From the NCBI GenBank assembly GCA_016784145.1, contig JADHVF010000002.1:112357-176356 (forward strand): DNA of 64,000 nt, read 5' to 3'. The notes beneath the pieces were generated by a model that did not search any database, was not told the origin of the DNA, and was given only the letters and a program-made list of their open reading frames with translations. Source of the DNA: Patescibacteria group bacterium. Its GTDB lineage: Bacteria > Patescibacteriota > Patescibacteriia > UBA2591 > UBA6264. Positions within the stretch are counted from its first letter, which is position 1. Each line of letters starts with the position of its first letter. Made by a program: the position numbers and the translations under genes. Positions 9,802 through 18,680 of the stretch are shown piece after piece.

Positions 9802-9841
9802 CCGGATTTAGCCGGTAAATTATTTGGCTGTCCGGTTTTTT
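9802..9841 (+). terminator. Terminator/attenuator-like hairpin (nested CCGGA/TCCGG and AGCC/GGCT stems followed by T6) in the rpsJ-rplC spacer
   Basis: ccggatttAGCCggtaaattatttGGCTgtccggtttttt is the only GC-rich palindrome in a 190-bp AT-rich spacer and is followed by a U-run. Confidence 0.35.
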
Positions 9842-9853
9842 AATTAGCCAGAA

Positions 9854-10477
9854 TTGTTTATGAAATTTATTCTTGGAAAAAAATTAGCCATGACTCATAT
9901 CTTTAATAAAGATAATGAAATTATTCCAGTGACGAAGATTCAATCTGGGCCATGTTTGGTTGTTCAGGTTAAATCAAAAGACAATGATGGATATAATGCA
10001 ATTCAAGTTGGATTTGAAACAAGAAAAAAAATAAACAAAGCCAGTCAAGGGCATGTTCAGGGACTTTTAAAAAAAAATGAAAATACATTTAAGTATTTAA
10101 GGGAGTTTAGAATAAATGATAGTAAATTAAAAAAAGGAGATATAATAAATGTAGATATTTTTAAGGTTGGAGACATGGTTAAGATTTTAGGAAAGACAAA
10201 AGGCAGAGGATTTCAAGGGGTTGTTAAAAGACATGGATTTCATGGCTCTCCAGCTAGTCATGGACATAAAGATCAGTTAAGAATGCCTGGATCAATTGGA
10301 GCTACTGGTCCGGCTAGAGTTTTTAAAGGAAAAAAAATGCCTGGCAGAATGGGAAATAATTTTAAAACAGTTTATGATTTAAAGATCGTTAAAATTTTTC
10401 CAAAAGAAAATATTATTCTTGTTAAAGGGTCTATTCCTGGGGCTAGAAATTCATTATTAAAAATTGTTGAAGCTTAA
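9854..10477 (+). CDS. rplC: 50S ribosomal protein L3 (uL3)
   Basis: Conserved uL3 core (GKTKGRGFQGVVKRHGF, PGSIGATGPARVFKGKKMPGRMG). The likely start is the ATG at 9860. Confidence 0.95.
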   Translation: MFMKFILGKKLAMTHIFNKDNEIIPVTKIQSGPCLVVQVKSKDNDGYNAIQVGFETRKKINKASQGHVQGLLKKNENTFKYLREFRINDSKLKKGDIINVDIFKVGDMVKILGKTKGRGFQGVVKRHGFHGSPASHGHKDQLRMPGSIGATGPARVFKGKKMPGRMGNNFKTVYDLKIVKIFPKENIILVKGSIPGARNSLLKIVEA

Positions 10478-10488
10478 AAAATAGGTTT

Positions 10489-11127
10489 ATGATTAAAGTG
10501 GATGTATATAATCAGCAAGGAAAAATTGTTGATACCAAAAAATTAGATTCAGATATTTTTGAAAAAGAAATAAACAATGATTTAGTTCATCAGGTTGTTG
10601 TGTCTCTTTTATCAAATAAAAGACATCCATTTGCGCACACAAAAACAAGGTCAGATAAAAGAGGAGGGGGGAGAAAGCCATGGAGGCAAAAAGGGACTGG
10701 TAGAGCCAGAGCAGGTACAATTCGTTCTCCACTTTGGCGTGGAGGAGGAGTAACCTTTGGACCAACTAAAGAAAGAAATTATCAAAAAAAGATTAATAAA
10801 AAATTAAGAAAAAAAGTTTTTTTAATGTGTTTGACAGATAAAGCAAAAGAAAAAAATATATATGTATTAGATAAAATTGATTTACAAGAAATAAAAACAA
10901 AAGATTTTTTTAATATATTATCAAAATTAAAAATAGAGCAGAATAAAAAAATTCTTTTTTCCTTGGATGACAAAAATATAAAAACAATTAAGTCAGCTAG
11001 AAATATTAAAAATATAAAAACAATTAAGATTACAAGTTTAAATATATTAGATATCTTGAAATCAGATTATTTATTAACCACGGTAAAAGGAATTGATAAA
11101 ATAGTTAAACACTATAAACAAATTTAA
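10489..11127 (+). CDS. rplD: 50S ribosomal protein L4 (uL4)
   Basis: uL4 motifs (RKPWRQKGTGRARAG, SPLWRGGGV) and its position after rplC. Confidence 0.93.
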   Translation: MIKVDVYNQQGKIVDTKKLDSDIFEKEINNDLVHQVVVSLLSNKRHPFAHTKTRSDKRGGGRKPWRQKGTGRARAGTIRSPLWRGGGVTFGPTKERNYQKKINKKLRKKVFLMCLTDKAKEKNIYVLDKIDLQEIKTKDFFNILSKLKIEQNKKILFSLDDKNIKTIKSARNIKNIKTIKITSLNILDILKSDYLLTTVKGIDKIVKHYKQI

Positions 11128-11130
11128 TGT

Positions 11131-11625
11131 ATGTTATTCTTTTCTAAAAAGAAAATTAAAACAGATTCAAAAGTTGATAAAAAAACTCAACCAAAGAGGG
11201 GTGATTTAGCTGTTACAAGTAAAACAAAGAGACAGTCAACTAAAATTAAAAAAAAGACTCAAACAACCAATAGTGGTTCAGTTGTTTCAAAAAAAGTTCC
11301 CCAAAAATCAACTCAAAAAGATAAAATATTGAAGCATGCCACAGGGTTGGCATATTTATCATTAACCAGGCCTATTATTACTGAAAAGGCAATGGTTTTA
11401 CAAGAACAGGGAGTGTATACATTTGAGGTTCCAATTAATGCTAATAAAATAATGATAAAGAAAGCAATTAAGGAACTTTATGGATTTATGCCTGTTAGAG
11501 TTAACATAATAAAGTCAAAAGGAAAAAGAAAAAGATATGGCAAAAGCATGGGGATTACAAAGAAAAGAAAAAAAGCATTAGTTTATCTTAAAAAGGGAGA
11601 AAAAATAGAATTTTCTAAAAAATAA
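11131..11625 (+). CDS. rplW: 50S ribosomal protein L23 (uL23), with a roughly 70-aa K/T/Q-rich N-terminal extension
   Basis: The C-terminal 95 aa match uL23 (RPIITEKAM...YTFEVPINANKIMIKKAIKELYG...V). There is no alternative downstream start. Confidence 0.88.
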   Translation: MLFFSKKKIKTDSKVDKKTQPKRGDLAVTSKTKRQSTKIKKKTQTTNSGSVVSKKVPQKSTQKDKILKHATGLAYLSLTRPIITEKAMVLQEQGVYTFEVPINANKIMIKKAIKELYGFMPVRVNIIKSKGKRKRYGKSMGITKKRKKALVYLKKGEKIEFSKK

Positions 11626-11626
11626 T

Positions 11627-12466
11627 ATGTTAAAAGTTCATAAACCAACAACTCCTTCCAGGAGAAAAATGAGTCAGATAAAAAATCCAGAATTAAGCAA
11701 AGACAGACCTGAAAAAAAGTTGATAACAATTTTAAAATACAAGGCAGGTAGGTCAAAAGGCAAGGTTGTAACCAGGCATAAAGGCGGACAAGCAAAACGT
11801 TTTTACAGAAAAGTTGATTTTAGACGAGAAAAATTTGATATTATTGGCATTGTGAAAGCCCTAGAATATGACCCAAATCGTTCGGCTTGGATTGCTTTAA
11901 TTTTTTATGTTGATGGAGCCAAAAGTTATATTCTTGCTCCTAGTAAATTAAAAGCAGGAGATAAAATCCTAAGTTCAAAAAATAAAATAGAACCAGATAA
12001 TGGAAATCGTATGCCATTAAAGCATATTTTAGCAGGAGCATTTATATATAATATAGAATTAGCTAGAGATCAAGGAGGAAAAATTGTTCGTTCGGCTGGA
12101 AATTTTGCCACTTTAATGGGATTTAAGGATAAGTATGCTCAAATTAAATTGCCTTCTGGAGAAATAAGATTAGTTTCAAAAGAATGTTCAGCTAGTTTGG
12201 GGCAGGTAAGTAATAAAGAATGGCGTTTTGTTCGTTGGGGGAAAGCAGGCAGAATGCGTCATAGAGGAATTAGGCCAACTGTTAGAGGAAAAGCGATGGC
12301 TCCGGTTGCTCATCCTCATGGAGGAGGAGAAGGAGGTTCTCCAATAGGGTTAAAACATCCTAAAACGCCGTGGGGAAAGCCAGCATTAGGTGTTAAAACT
12401 CGTTCAAAAAAGAAATGGACAAATAAATATATAGTTAAGCATAGAAAACATAAAAAACGTAAATAA
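11627..12466 (+). CDS. rplB: 50S ribosomal protein L2 (uL2)
   Basis: Highly conserved uL2 (VRGKAMAPVAHPHGGGEG, KTPWGKPALG). Confidence 0.97.
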   Translation: MLKVHKPTTPSRRKMSQIKNPELSKDRPEKKLITILKYKAGRSKGKVVTRHKGGQAKRFYRKVDFRREKFDIIGIVKALEYDPNRSAWIALIFYVDGAKSYILAPSKLKAGDKILSSKNKIEPDNGNRMPLKHILAGAFIYNIELARDQGGKIVRSAGNFATLMGFKDKYAQIKLPSGEIRLVSKECSASLGQVSNKEWRFVRWGKAGRMRHRGIRPTVRGKAMAPVAHPHGGGEGGSPIGLKHPKTPWGKPALGVKTRSKKKWTNKYIVKHRKHKKRK

Positions 12467-12474
12467 AATAATTT

Positions 12475-12762
12475 ATGTCTAGAAGTCTTAAAAAAGGTCC
12501 TTGGATTGACCAAAGATTATTAAAAAAAATTTCAAAATTAAAACAAGGAGACAAAACAGTAATTAAAACATGGTCAAGGGCATGTGTTATTGTTCCTCAA
12601 ATGATAGGATTTACTATTGGTGTTCATAATGGAAAAATATACGTGCCAGTTTTTGTTGTTGAAAACATGGTTGGACATAAATTAGGAGAATTTTCCTTAA
12701 CTAAAAAGTTTGTTAAGCATGGAGGAAAAATGCAGAGAGAAGCTGAAAAAGTCAATAAATAA
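12475..12762 (+). CDS. rpsS: 30S ribosomal protein S19 (uS19)
   Basis: [12 protein letters not shown]...[13 protein letters not shown], 95 aa. Confidence 0.95.
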   Translation: MSRSLKKGPWIDQRLLKKISKLKQGDKTVIKTWSRACVIVPQMIGFTIGVHNGKIYVPVFVVENMVGHKLGEFSLTKKFVKHGGKMQREAEKVNK

Positions 12763-12767
12763 TAATA

Positions 12768-13361
12768 ATGAATATAATAGCAATTACAAAAAATATCAGA
12801 ATTTCACCAAAAAAAATGAGACAGGTTAGTATTGTTATAAAAGGAATGAATGTTCTTGATGCGATTGATTCTCTAAATTTTATTACCAGAAAGTCAGCTT
12901 CTTTTATTTTAAAAACGCTAAATTCAGCTATTGCTAATGCTGAAAATAATTTTTCTCTTAAAAAAGAAAATCTTTTTATAAAAGAAATTATGGTTGACGA
13001 TGGTGTTACTCTTAAAAGATGGCGTGCTCGAGCATTTGGCAGAGCTGCTCCAATAAGAAAAAGAAGTTCTCATTTAACTATTATTTTAAATCAAGTTAAA
13101 GAAGAAAAAATAAAAAAGAAAGTCCAAAAATTAGCAGAGCCAAGCATTAAAAAAATCGCTAAATCTGGCGAACCAGTTTCTGTTCCAAGAGAAAAGCAGA
13201 GTAAATTAACAGACATGGATAAAGATAAACAAGCTAAGCATGAAGAAATTTTTGATAGTCGTATGAAAGGGAAACATCGGTCTAAGCAACATGTTGATAA
13301 TGTGACTCAAAAACAATCAGGAGGAAGATTAAGTAGAATTTTTAGAAGAAAAAGTATATAA
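12768..13361 (+). CDS. rplV: 50S ribosomal protein L22 (uL22), with a roughly 85-aa charged C-terminal extension
   Basis: The N-terminal 110 aa match uL22 (RISPKKMRQV...RWRARAFGRA..P.RKR.SHLTIIL). The C-terminal tail is K/E/Q-rich low-complexity sequence. Confidence 0.88.
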   Translation: MNIIAITKNIRISPKKMRQVSIVIKGMNVLDAIDSLNFITRKSASFILKTLNSAIANAENNFSLKKENLFIKEIMVDDGVTLKRWRARAFGRAAPIRKRSSHLTIILNQVKEEKIKKKVQKLAEPSIKKIAKSGEPVSVPREKQSKLTDMDKDKQAKHEEIFDSRMKGKHRSKQHVDNVTQKQSGGRLSRIFRRKSI

Positions 13362-13373
13362 AAAATTATTATT

Positions 13374-14027
13374 ATGGCCAGAAAAGTTAATCCAAAAATT
13401 TTCCGTATCCCATTTACAAGAGATTGGGAATCAAAATGGTTTGCTAATAAGCATGAGTTTAAAGATTTTTTAAAGAATGACTTACAAATTAGAAAATTTT
13501 TATCATTAAAATTAAAAAATTGCGGAATTTCTTCTATTAAAATAGAAAGACTATTAAATTCTATAAAAATTATTATTCATACTTCAAAACCAGGTATAAT
13601 TATTGGTAGAGGAGGGACAGGGATCCAAAAAATTAGAAAGCAAATTAAGGACAAGTTTTTAAAAGAGAATCAATCCATTGAATTGAATATAGTAGAAGAA
13701 AAATCGCCAATGTTGTCAGCCAATATTATATTAGAGGAAGCAATTAGTGCCATAGAAAAAAGATTGCCTTATCGTAGAGTTATGAAAAAAATAATTAGAG
13801 ATGTAAGTACGGCTGGAGCAAAAGGTGTAAAAATTATTATTAAAGGGAGATTAAATGGAGCTCAGATTGCTAGGTCAGAAAAATTAATTTGGGGGCAACT
13901 TCCTCTTCAAAAAATGAGAGCAGATATGGATTATTCTAGAGGAGCGGCTCATACGGTTTTTGGGGTAATTGGAATAAAGGTTTGGATTTATAAAGGCCAA
14001 CAATTTAAAAAAGAAAAAGCAGATTAA
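13374..14027 (+). CDS. rpsC: 30S ribosomal protein S3 (uS3)
   Basis: KH domain and uS3 C-terminal domain (GIIIGRGG, RLNGAQIARSE). Confidence 0.95.
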   Translation: MARKVNPKIFRIPFTRDWESKWFANKHEFKDFLKNDLQIRKFLSLKLKNCGISSIKIERLLNSIKIIIHTSKPGIIIGRGGTGIQKIRKQIKDKFLKENQSIELNIVEEKSPMLSANIILEEAISAIEKRLPYRRVMKKIIRDVSTAGAKGVKIIIKGRLNGAQIARSEKLIWGQLPLQKMRADMDYSRGAAHTVFGVIGIKVWIYKGQQFKKEKAD

Positions 14028-14038
14028 ATATACATCAT

Positions 14039-14452
14039 ATGTTAATGCCAAAGAAAACAAAATATAGAAAAAGTCATAAAGGAAGAAGACGCACAAAGGG
14101 AGTTGCAAATAGAGGTCATGTTTTAAGCTTTGGTGATTATGGATTAAAATCATTGGAACAAAATTGGATTACTTCTCGCCAAATTGAATCTGCTCGTAAA
14201 ACCATATCAAGACATATTAAAAAACAGGGAAAATTATGGATTAGAATTTTTCCAAGCAAGCCAATAACAAAGAAAGGAGCAGAGGTTCCAATGGGAGGAG
14301 GGAAAGGAGCGGTTGAATATTATGTTGTCCCAATTAAGCCAGGAACAATCATATTTGAAATTACTGGATTAGACGAAGAACTGTCTAAAAAAGTATTAAA
14401 ATCAGCATCACATAAATTGCCAGTTAAAACAAGAATTGTGTCTAAAATTTAA
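14039..14452 (+). CDS. rplP: 50S ribosomal protein L16 (uL16)
   Basis: MLMPKKTKYRK.HKGR start and a conserved core. Confidence 0.95.
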   Translation: MLMPKKTKYRKSHKGRRRTKGVANRGHVLSFGDYGLKSLEQNWITSRQIESARKTISRHIKKQGKLWIRIFPSKPITKKGAEVPMGGGKGAVEYYVVPIKPGTIIFEITGLDEELSKKVLKSASHKLPVKTRIVSKI

Positions 14453-14457
14453 ATTTT

Positions 14458-14649
14458 ATGAAGATAAAAGAAATTAGGCAAAAAAGCAAACAAGAATTAA
14501 ATAAATTATTATTAGAATCTCATGAGAAATTGAGAGAATTAAGATTTAAAGTTCAGTTAAAACAGATAAGAAAAGTTAGAGATATGCGAAAAGCTAAAAA
14601 ATTAATTGCTAAAATTTTAACTATTTTAAAAGAAAAACAAAATGATTAA
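14458..14649 (+). CDS. rpmC: 50S ribosomal protein L29 (uL29)
   Basis: 63-aa helical protein (EIR.KS..EL...L......L.ELRFK) between rplP and rpsQ. Confidence 0.9.
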   Translation: MKIKEIRQKSKQELNKLLLESHEKLRELRFKVQLKQIRKVRDMRKAKKLIAKILTILKEKQND

Positions 14650-14878
14650 AGGAAAATTCAAAGGAATAGTTGTAAGTGATAAAATGGATAAGACAATTAT
14701 TGTTAATGTAACTAGAATTAAAAAGCATCCATTATATAAAAAAAGATATAAACATAATAAAAGATTCAAGGTTCATGATGCCAAGGGCATGGCTAAAGAA
14801 GGAGACAATGTTTTATTCCAAGAATGCAGGCCTTTATCAAAAGATAAAAGATGGCGATTAATAGAAATTATTAAATAA
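14642..14878 (+). CDS. rpsQ: 30S ribosomal protein S17 (uS17)
   Basis: GIVVSDKMDKTIIV...HPLYKK..K....F.VHD fits the uS17 OB fold. It overlaps rpmC by 8 nt. Confidence 0.93.
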   Translation: MIKGKFKGIVVSDKMDKTIIVNVTRIKKHPLYKKRYKHNKRFKVHDAKGMAKEGDNVLFQECRPLSKDKRWRLIEIIK

Positions 14879-14888
14879 TAAATAATAT

Positions 14889-15260
14889 ATGATTCAAGTA
14901 GAATCAAAACTTAAAGTTATTGACAACTCGGGTGCAAAAATTATTATGTGCATCAAGGTTTTGGGTGGATACAAAAGAAGATATGCCAGAGTTGGAGATA
15001 TGATTACAGCTAGTGTAAAAAAAGCAACTCCTCATACTTTGACAAAAAAAGGGGAAGTTGTTTATGCTGTTATTGTCAGAACAAAAGCCCCTGTTAAAAG
15101 AAAAGATGGCACTTATGTTAGATTTGATGACAATGCTGCTGTAATTATTGATAAAAAAACAAAATTACCAAAAGGCAATAGAATTTTTAGTGTAGTCTCT
15201 AGAGAGTTAAGAGCCAAAGGTTATCTTAAAATTATTTCATTATCTCCAGAAGTATTATGA
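14889..15260 (+). CDS. rplN: 50S ribosomal protein L14 (uL14)
   Basis: MIQ.ES.L.V.DNSGAK and full-length uL14 conservation. Confidence 0.96.
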   Translation: MIQVESKLKVIDNSGAKIIMCIKVLGGYKRRYARVGDMITASVKKATPHTLTKKGEVVYAVIVRTKAPVKRKDGTYVRFDDNAAVIIDKKTKLPKGNRIFSVVSRELRAKGYLKIISLSPEVL

Positions 15261-15568
15261 AAATTAAAAAAAATGATATAGTTAAAATTTTATCAGGCAA
15301 AGACAAGGGCAAGCAAGGCAAGGTGCTAAGAGTTTTGCCTGCTCAAAATAAAATTGTTATTGAAGGATTAAACTTAAGTGTTAAGCATGTTCGTCCTAAA
15401 AAAGCAGAAGAAAAAGGGCAAAGAATAAAAATGGCCATGCCCTTAAGTCTTTCTAATGTTACTTTAATTTGCCCTAGATGTAAAAAAACAGTTAGAGTGG
15501 GATATAAAGTTTTAAAAAATGGCAATAAGAGAAGGTTTTGTAGAAAATGTAAAGATGTATTTAAATAA
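15257..15568 (+). CDS. rplX: 50S ribosomal protein L24 (uL24), variant with a C-terminal CxxC...CxxC zinc ribbon
   Basis: KOW motif ([20 protein letters not shown]). C-terminal [29 protein letters not shown]. Confidence 0.92.
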   Translation: MKIKKNDIVKILSGKDKGKQGKVLRVLPAQNKIVIEGLNLSVKHVRPKKAEEKGQRIKMAMPLSLSNVTLICPRCKKTVRVGYKVLKNGNKRRFCRKCKDVFK

Positions 15569-15577
15569 TTTTTTCAT

Positions 15578-16126
15578 ATGACTTTAAAAGAAAAATATCA
15601 AAAAAAGATAATTCCTGAGCTTGTAAAAATTTTTAATTTAAGTAATAAATTAATGGCCCCCAAAATTCTTAAAATTACTGTTAATGTTGGGATTAATTTG
15701 GATATTTCAAAGAAAAATTCTAAATACATAGAGATAGTAGAAGATACAATAAAGCAAATAACAGGCCAGATTCCAGTGAAAGTTTTTGCTAAAAAAGCTA
15801 TAGCAGGATTTAAAATAAGGCAAACAAATATTGTTGGAGTCAAGACTGTGTTGCGTTCTAATAAAATGTATGATTTTTTAGAAAAATTTATTAAAATTAC
15901 TTTGCCAAGAACAAGAGATTTTAGAGGAGTAAGAATAACAAGTATTGATAATGGAGGGAATTTATCTGTTGGCATTATAGACCAAGTAGTGTTTCCCGAG
16001 ATAATTCCTGAAAACATTCAAAGATCTCACGGGCTTCAAGTTGTTATTACAACTAGTGCGCCTAACAAAGAGCAGGCAATTGCATTATTTAAATTATTAG
16101 GGATTCCATTTAGAGAAAATAAATAA
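15578..16126 (+). CDS. rplE: 50S ribosomal protein L5 (uL5)
   Basis: Conserved uL5 (LKEKY...P.L...F...N.M..PK..KI.VN.G, RDFRG). Confidence 0.95.
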   Translation: MTLKEKYQKKIIPELVKIFNLSNKLMAPKILKITVNVGINLDISKKNSKYIEIVEDTIKQITGQIPVKVFAKKAIAGFKIRQTNIVGVKTVLRSNKMYDFLEKFIKITLPRTRDFRGVRITSIDNGGNLSVGIIDQVVFPEIIPENIQRSHGLQVVITTSAPNKEQAIALFKLLGIPFRENK

Positions 16127-16134
16127 TTATTTTT

Positions 16135-16320
16135 ATGGCTACTAAAGCGCAAATAATTAAATCAATCAAGAAACCAAAATATTCCAGCAGGCTTGTTCGT
16201 CGTTGTTGGAGATGCGGAAGGAGGCATGGATATATGAGGGAGTTCGCCCTTTGCCGTATTTGTTTTAGAGAATTAGTAAATAAAGGAGTAATTCCAGGAA
16301 TAAGAAAATCATCTTGGTAA
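16135..16320 (+). CDS. rpsN: 30S ribosomal protein S14, type Z (zinc-binding)
   Basis: 61 aa with CWRCGRRHGYMREFALCRICFRE (Cys4). Confidence 0.95.
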   Translation: MATKAQIIKSIKKPKYSSRLVRRCWRCGRRHGYMREFALCRICFRELVNKGVIPGIRKSSW

Positions 16321-16355
16321 TTTGTATGTTTTAATTAATTAAATCGATTAATTTT

Positions 16356-16790
16356 ATGACAGACCCAATAGCTGATATGTTAACCAGGATAAGGAATAGT
16401 CTAGCAGTGAAAAAAACAGAAGTATTAATTCCTTATTCAAACAAAAAACTTAAAATTGCTGAAATTTTAGCTAAACAAGGATTTGTTAAAAAAATAGAAA
16501 CTCTTTCTATTAAATCAACAAAAGAGGATGTTTTAGATTCTAGATTTAAGCAAATAAAAGTTACATTAAAATATGATAAAAATGGACATCCTTTTATAAA
16601 TAATTTAAAACGCATAAGCAAACCAGGGTGTAGAATATATGCAACTAAAGACAAAATACCAAAAGTCTTAGAAGGAGGCGGAATAATTATTATTTCTACA
16701 TCAAGCGGATTAACCACGGGCAGTGATGCTAGAATAAAAGGGGTGGGAGGGGAATTAATTTGTGAAATAAGAAAAAAAATAACTAATTAA
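16356..16790 (+). CDS. rpsH: 30S ribosomal protein S8 (uS8)
   Basis: MTDPIADMLTRIRN start and a conserved C-terminus GG.I...STS.G..T. Confidence 0.95.
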   Translation: MTDPIADMLTRIRNSLAVKKTEVLIPYSNKKLKIAEILAKQGFVKKIETLSIKSTKEDVLDSRFKQIKVTLKYDKNGHPFINNLKRISKPGCRIYATKDKIPKVLEGGGIIIISTSSGLTTGSDARIKGVGGELICEIRKKITN

Positions 16791-16794
16791 AATT

Positions 16795-17346
16795 ATGTCT
16801 AGAATAGGACGAATGACAATTGATATTCCAACTGGAATTAAAGTGGAATTTAAAGATAATATTATTCATGCTAAAGGAGATAAAGGAGAATTATTTCAAT
16901 CTTTTCCTGATTTTATTGATGTTAAAATTAAAGATAATAAGATTAATGTATTTGTTTTAAACCCAGAATTAAAAAAACAAAAATCAATGTGGGGGACGGC
17001 TTCAAAGTTAATTTTTAATATGATAGAAGGGCTGTCTAAGGGATTTACTAAACAATTGAAATTAGTTGGAGTTGGGTATAGAGCTGAAACAAGAGGAGAT
17101 GTTCTAATTCTTAAAGTGGGGTTTTCTCATTTAGTTGAATTTCCTATTCCAGTTGGAATAGACATAAAAGCAGAGAAAGACATGGTAACTGTTTCGGGTA
17201 TTGATAAGCAAGCAGTAGGAGATACTGCTGCTAAAATTAGAAGAATTAGAAAACCAGAGCCTTATAAAGGAAGAGGGATTCGTTATAAAGATGAAGTTGT
17301 TTTAAGAAAAGCAGGCAAAAAAGCTACGGCTGGTGATATTGCTTAA
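16795..17346 (+). CDS. rplF: 50S ribosomal protein L6 (uL6)
   Basis: MSRIG...I.IP.GI.V and the two uL6 repeats. Confidence 0.95.
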   Translation: MSRIGRMTIDIPTGIKVEFKDNIIHAKGDKGELFQSFPDFIDVKIKDNKINVFVLNPELKKQKSMWGTASKLIFNMIEGLSKGFTKQLKLVGVGYRAETRGDVLILKVGFSHLVEFPIPVGIDIKAEKDMVTVSGIDKQAVGDTAAKIRRIRKPEPYKGRGIRYKDEVVLRKAGKKATAGDIA

Positions 17347-17355
17347 TAAATATTT

Positions 17356-17703
17356 ATGAATAGAAAAAATAAACAAGACAAAAGAAAGGCAAGGCACAAC
17401 AAAATAAGAGCAAAAATAAATGGCACTAGTAAATGTCCACGACTATTTGTGTTTAGAAGCAATAAATATATATATGCACAAGTAATTGATGACAACAAAG
17501 CTCATATAATTTTATCTGCTAACAGTCAAAAGATAAATAACAAAACAAAAACACAGGCAGCTAGTGAAGTAGGTAAGTTGGTTGGCCAAGGATTGATTGG
17601 TAAAGAAATTAAAAAAATTGTTTTTGATAGAGGAGGATATAAATATCACGGCAGAGTAAAAGCACTAGCAGAGGCAGTTAGAAAACAAGGAATAATTTTT
17701 TAA
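17356..17703 (+). CDS. rplR: 50S ribosomal protein L18 (uL18)
   Basis: RL.VFRSNK.IYAQ.ID and C-terminal FDRGGYKYHGRVKALAE.R..G. Confidence 0.94.
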   Translation: MNRKNKQDKRKARHNKIRAKINGTSKCPRLFVFRSNKYIYAQVIDDNKAHIILSANSQKINNKTKTQAASEVGKLVGQGLIGKEIKKIVFDRGGYKYHGRVKALAEAVRKQGIIF

Positions 17704-17732
17704 ATTACATTTTTTAGAATAAAAAATAAATT

Positions 17733-18206
17733 ATGCCAATAAAAAAAATAACCAAAAGACAGCCAAGAGATAGGAATGTTAGAGAATATGAACAACAATT
17801 AGTTGATTTAGCCAGAGTAACAAGAGTTGTTAAAGGGGGAAAAAGGATGCGTTTCAGGGCTTGTCTTGTTATTGGAAACAAAAAAGGAAAAATTGGAGTA
17901 GGAGTAGCAAAAGGATTGGATGTAGCTATAGCTGTTCAAAAAGCAATGAAAAAAGCAACCAAAGAAATAAAGGAAATAAAGATTGTTAACCATACTATTC
18001 CTCATGCCATAAAAATAAAACATAAATCTGCTAGAATTTTATTAAGACCTGCTAAGCAAGGACATGGCATTGTTGCCGGGGGAGTAGTGAGAATAGTTTT
18101 AACTTTAGTCGGAATAGAAAACGTTACAGCTAAAATTTTAGGTTCAAAAAATAAAATAAATAATGTCCGTGCAACTATTAAAGCATTGGAATCTTTTAAT
18201 GATTAA
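17733..18206 (+). CDS. rpsE: 30S ribosomal protein S5 (uS5)
   Basis: dsRBD plus S5 C-terminal domain (RVTRVVKGGKRMRFRA.LVIGN..G.IG.G..K). The next gene is rplO, and no rpmD (L30) lies between them. Confidence 0.95.
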   Translation: MPIKKITKRQPRDRNVREYEQQLVDLARVTRVVKGGKRMRFRACLVIGNKKGKIGVGVAKGLDVAIAVQKAMKKATKEIKEIKIVNHTIPHAIKIKHKSARILLRPAKQGHGIVAGGVVRIVLTLVGIENVTAKILGSKNKINNVRATIKALESFND

Positions 18207-18214
18207 TATTTTTT

Positions 18215-18679
18215 ATGTCTATTAGTTTATCAAATTTAAAATCCACTATTAAAAGAAAAAAGAAAAAACGCGTAGGGAGAGGGGATTCTTCTAAAGGAGG
18301 AAATTATGCAGGCAGGGGACGAGGTGGACAACGCTCAAGAAGCGGAGGCAAAAAAGGGTTAAAAATAAGAGGGTTGAAACGAAATATTAGAAATTTACCA
18401 AAGCTTAAAGGGTTTAAGAGCTCAAGGCAGAGATTGGCTATTTTAAAGTTGGTTGATCTTGAAAAATTATTTAAAAATAAAGATATAATTGGTCCTAAGG
18501 AATTAAAAAAATTAAATTTAATAAAAACAAACAAGACAAAATACAAGGTTTTAATGTCAAGCACATCTATTTCATTAAAAAAAGAGCTTAATATAAAAGC
18601 ACATGCTTTTTCTAAGCAAGCAAGTCAAGCAATAGTTAAGGCCAAGGGCAAAGCAATAATTATTAATAGTATTAAGTAA
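18215..18679 (+). CDS. rplO: 50S ribosomal protein L15 (uL15)
   Basis: Gly/Arg-rich N-terminus (KRVGRG.SSKGG..AGRG.GGQ.SRSG) and its position before secY. Confidence 0.93.
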   Translation: MSISLSNLKSTIKRKKKKRVGRGDSSKGGNYAGRGRGGQRSRSGGKKGLKIRGLKRNIRNLPKLKGFKSSRQRLAILKLVDLEKLFKNKDIIGPKELKKLNLIKTNKTKYKVLMSSTSISLKKELNIKAHAFSKQASQAIVKAKGKAIIINSIK

Positions 18680-18680
18680 T

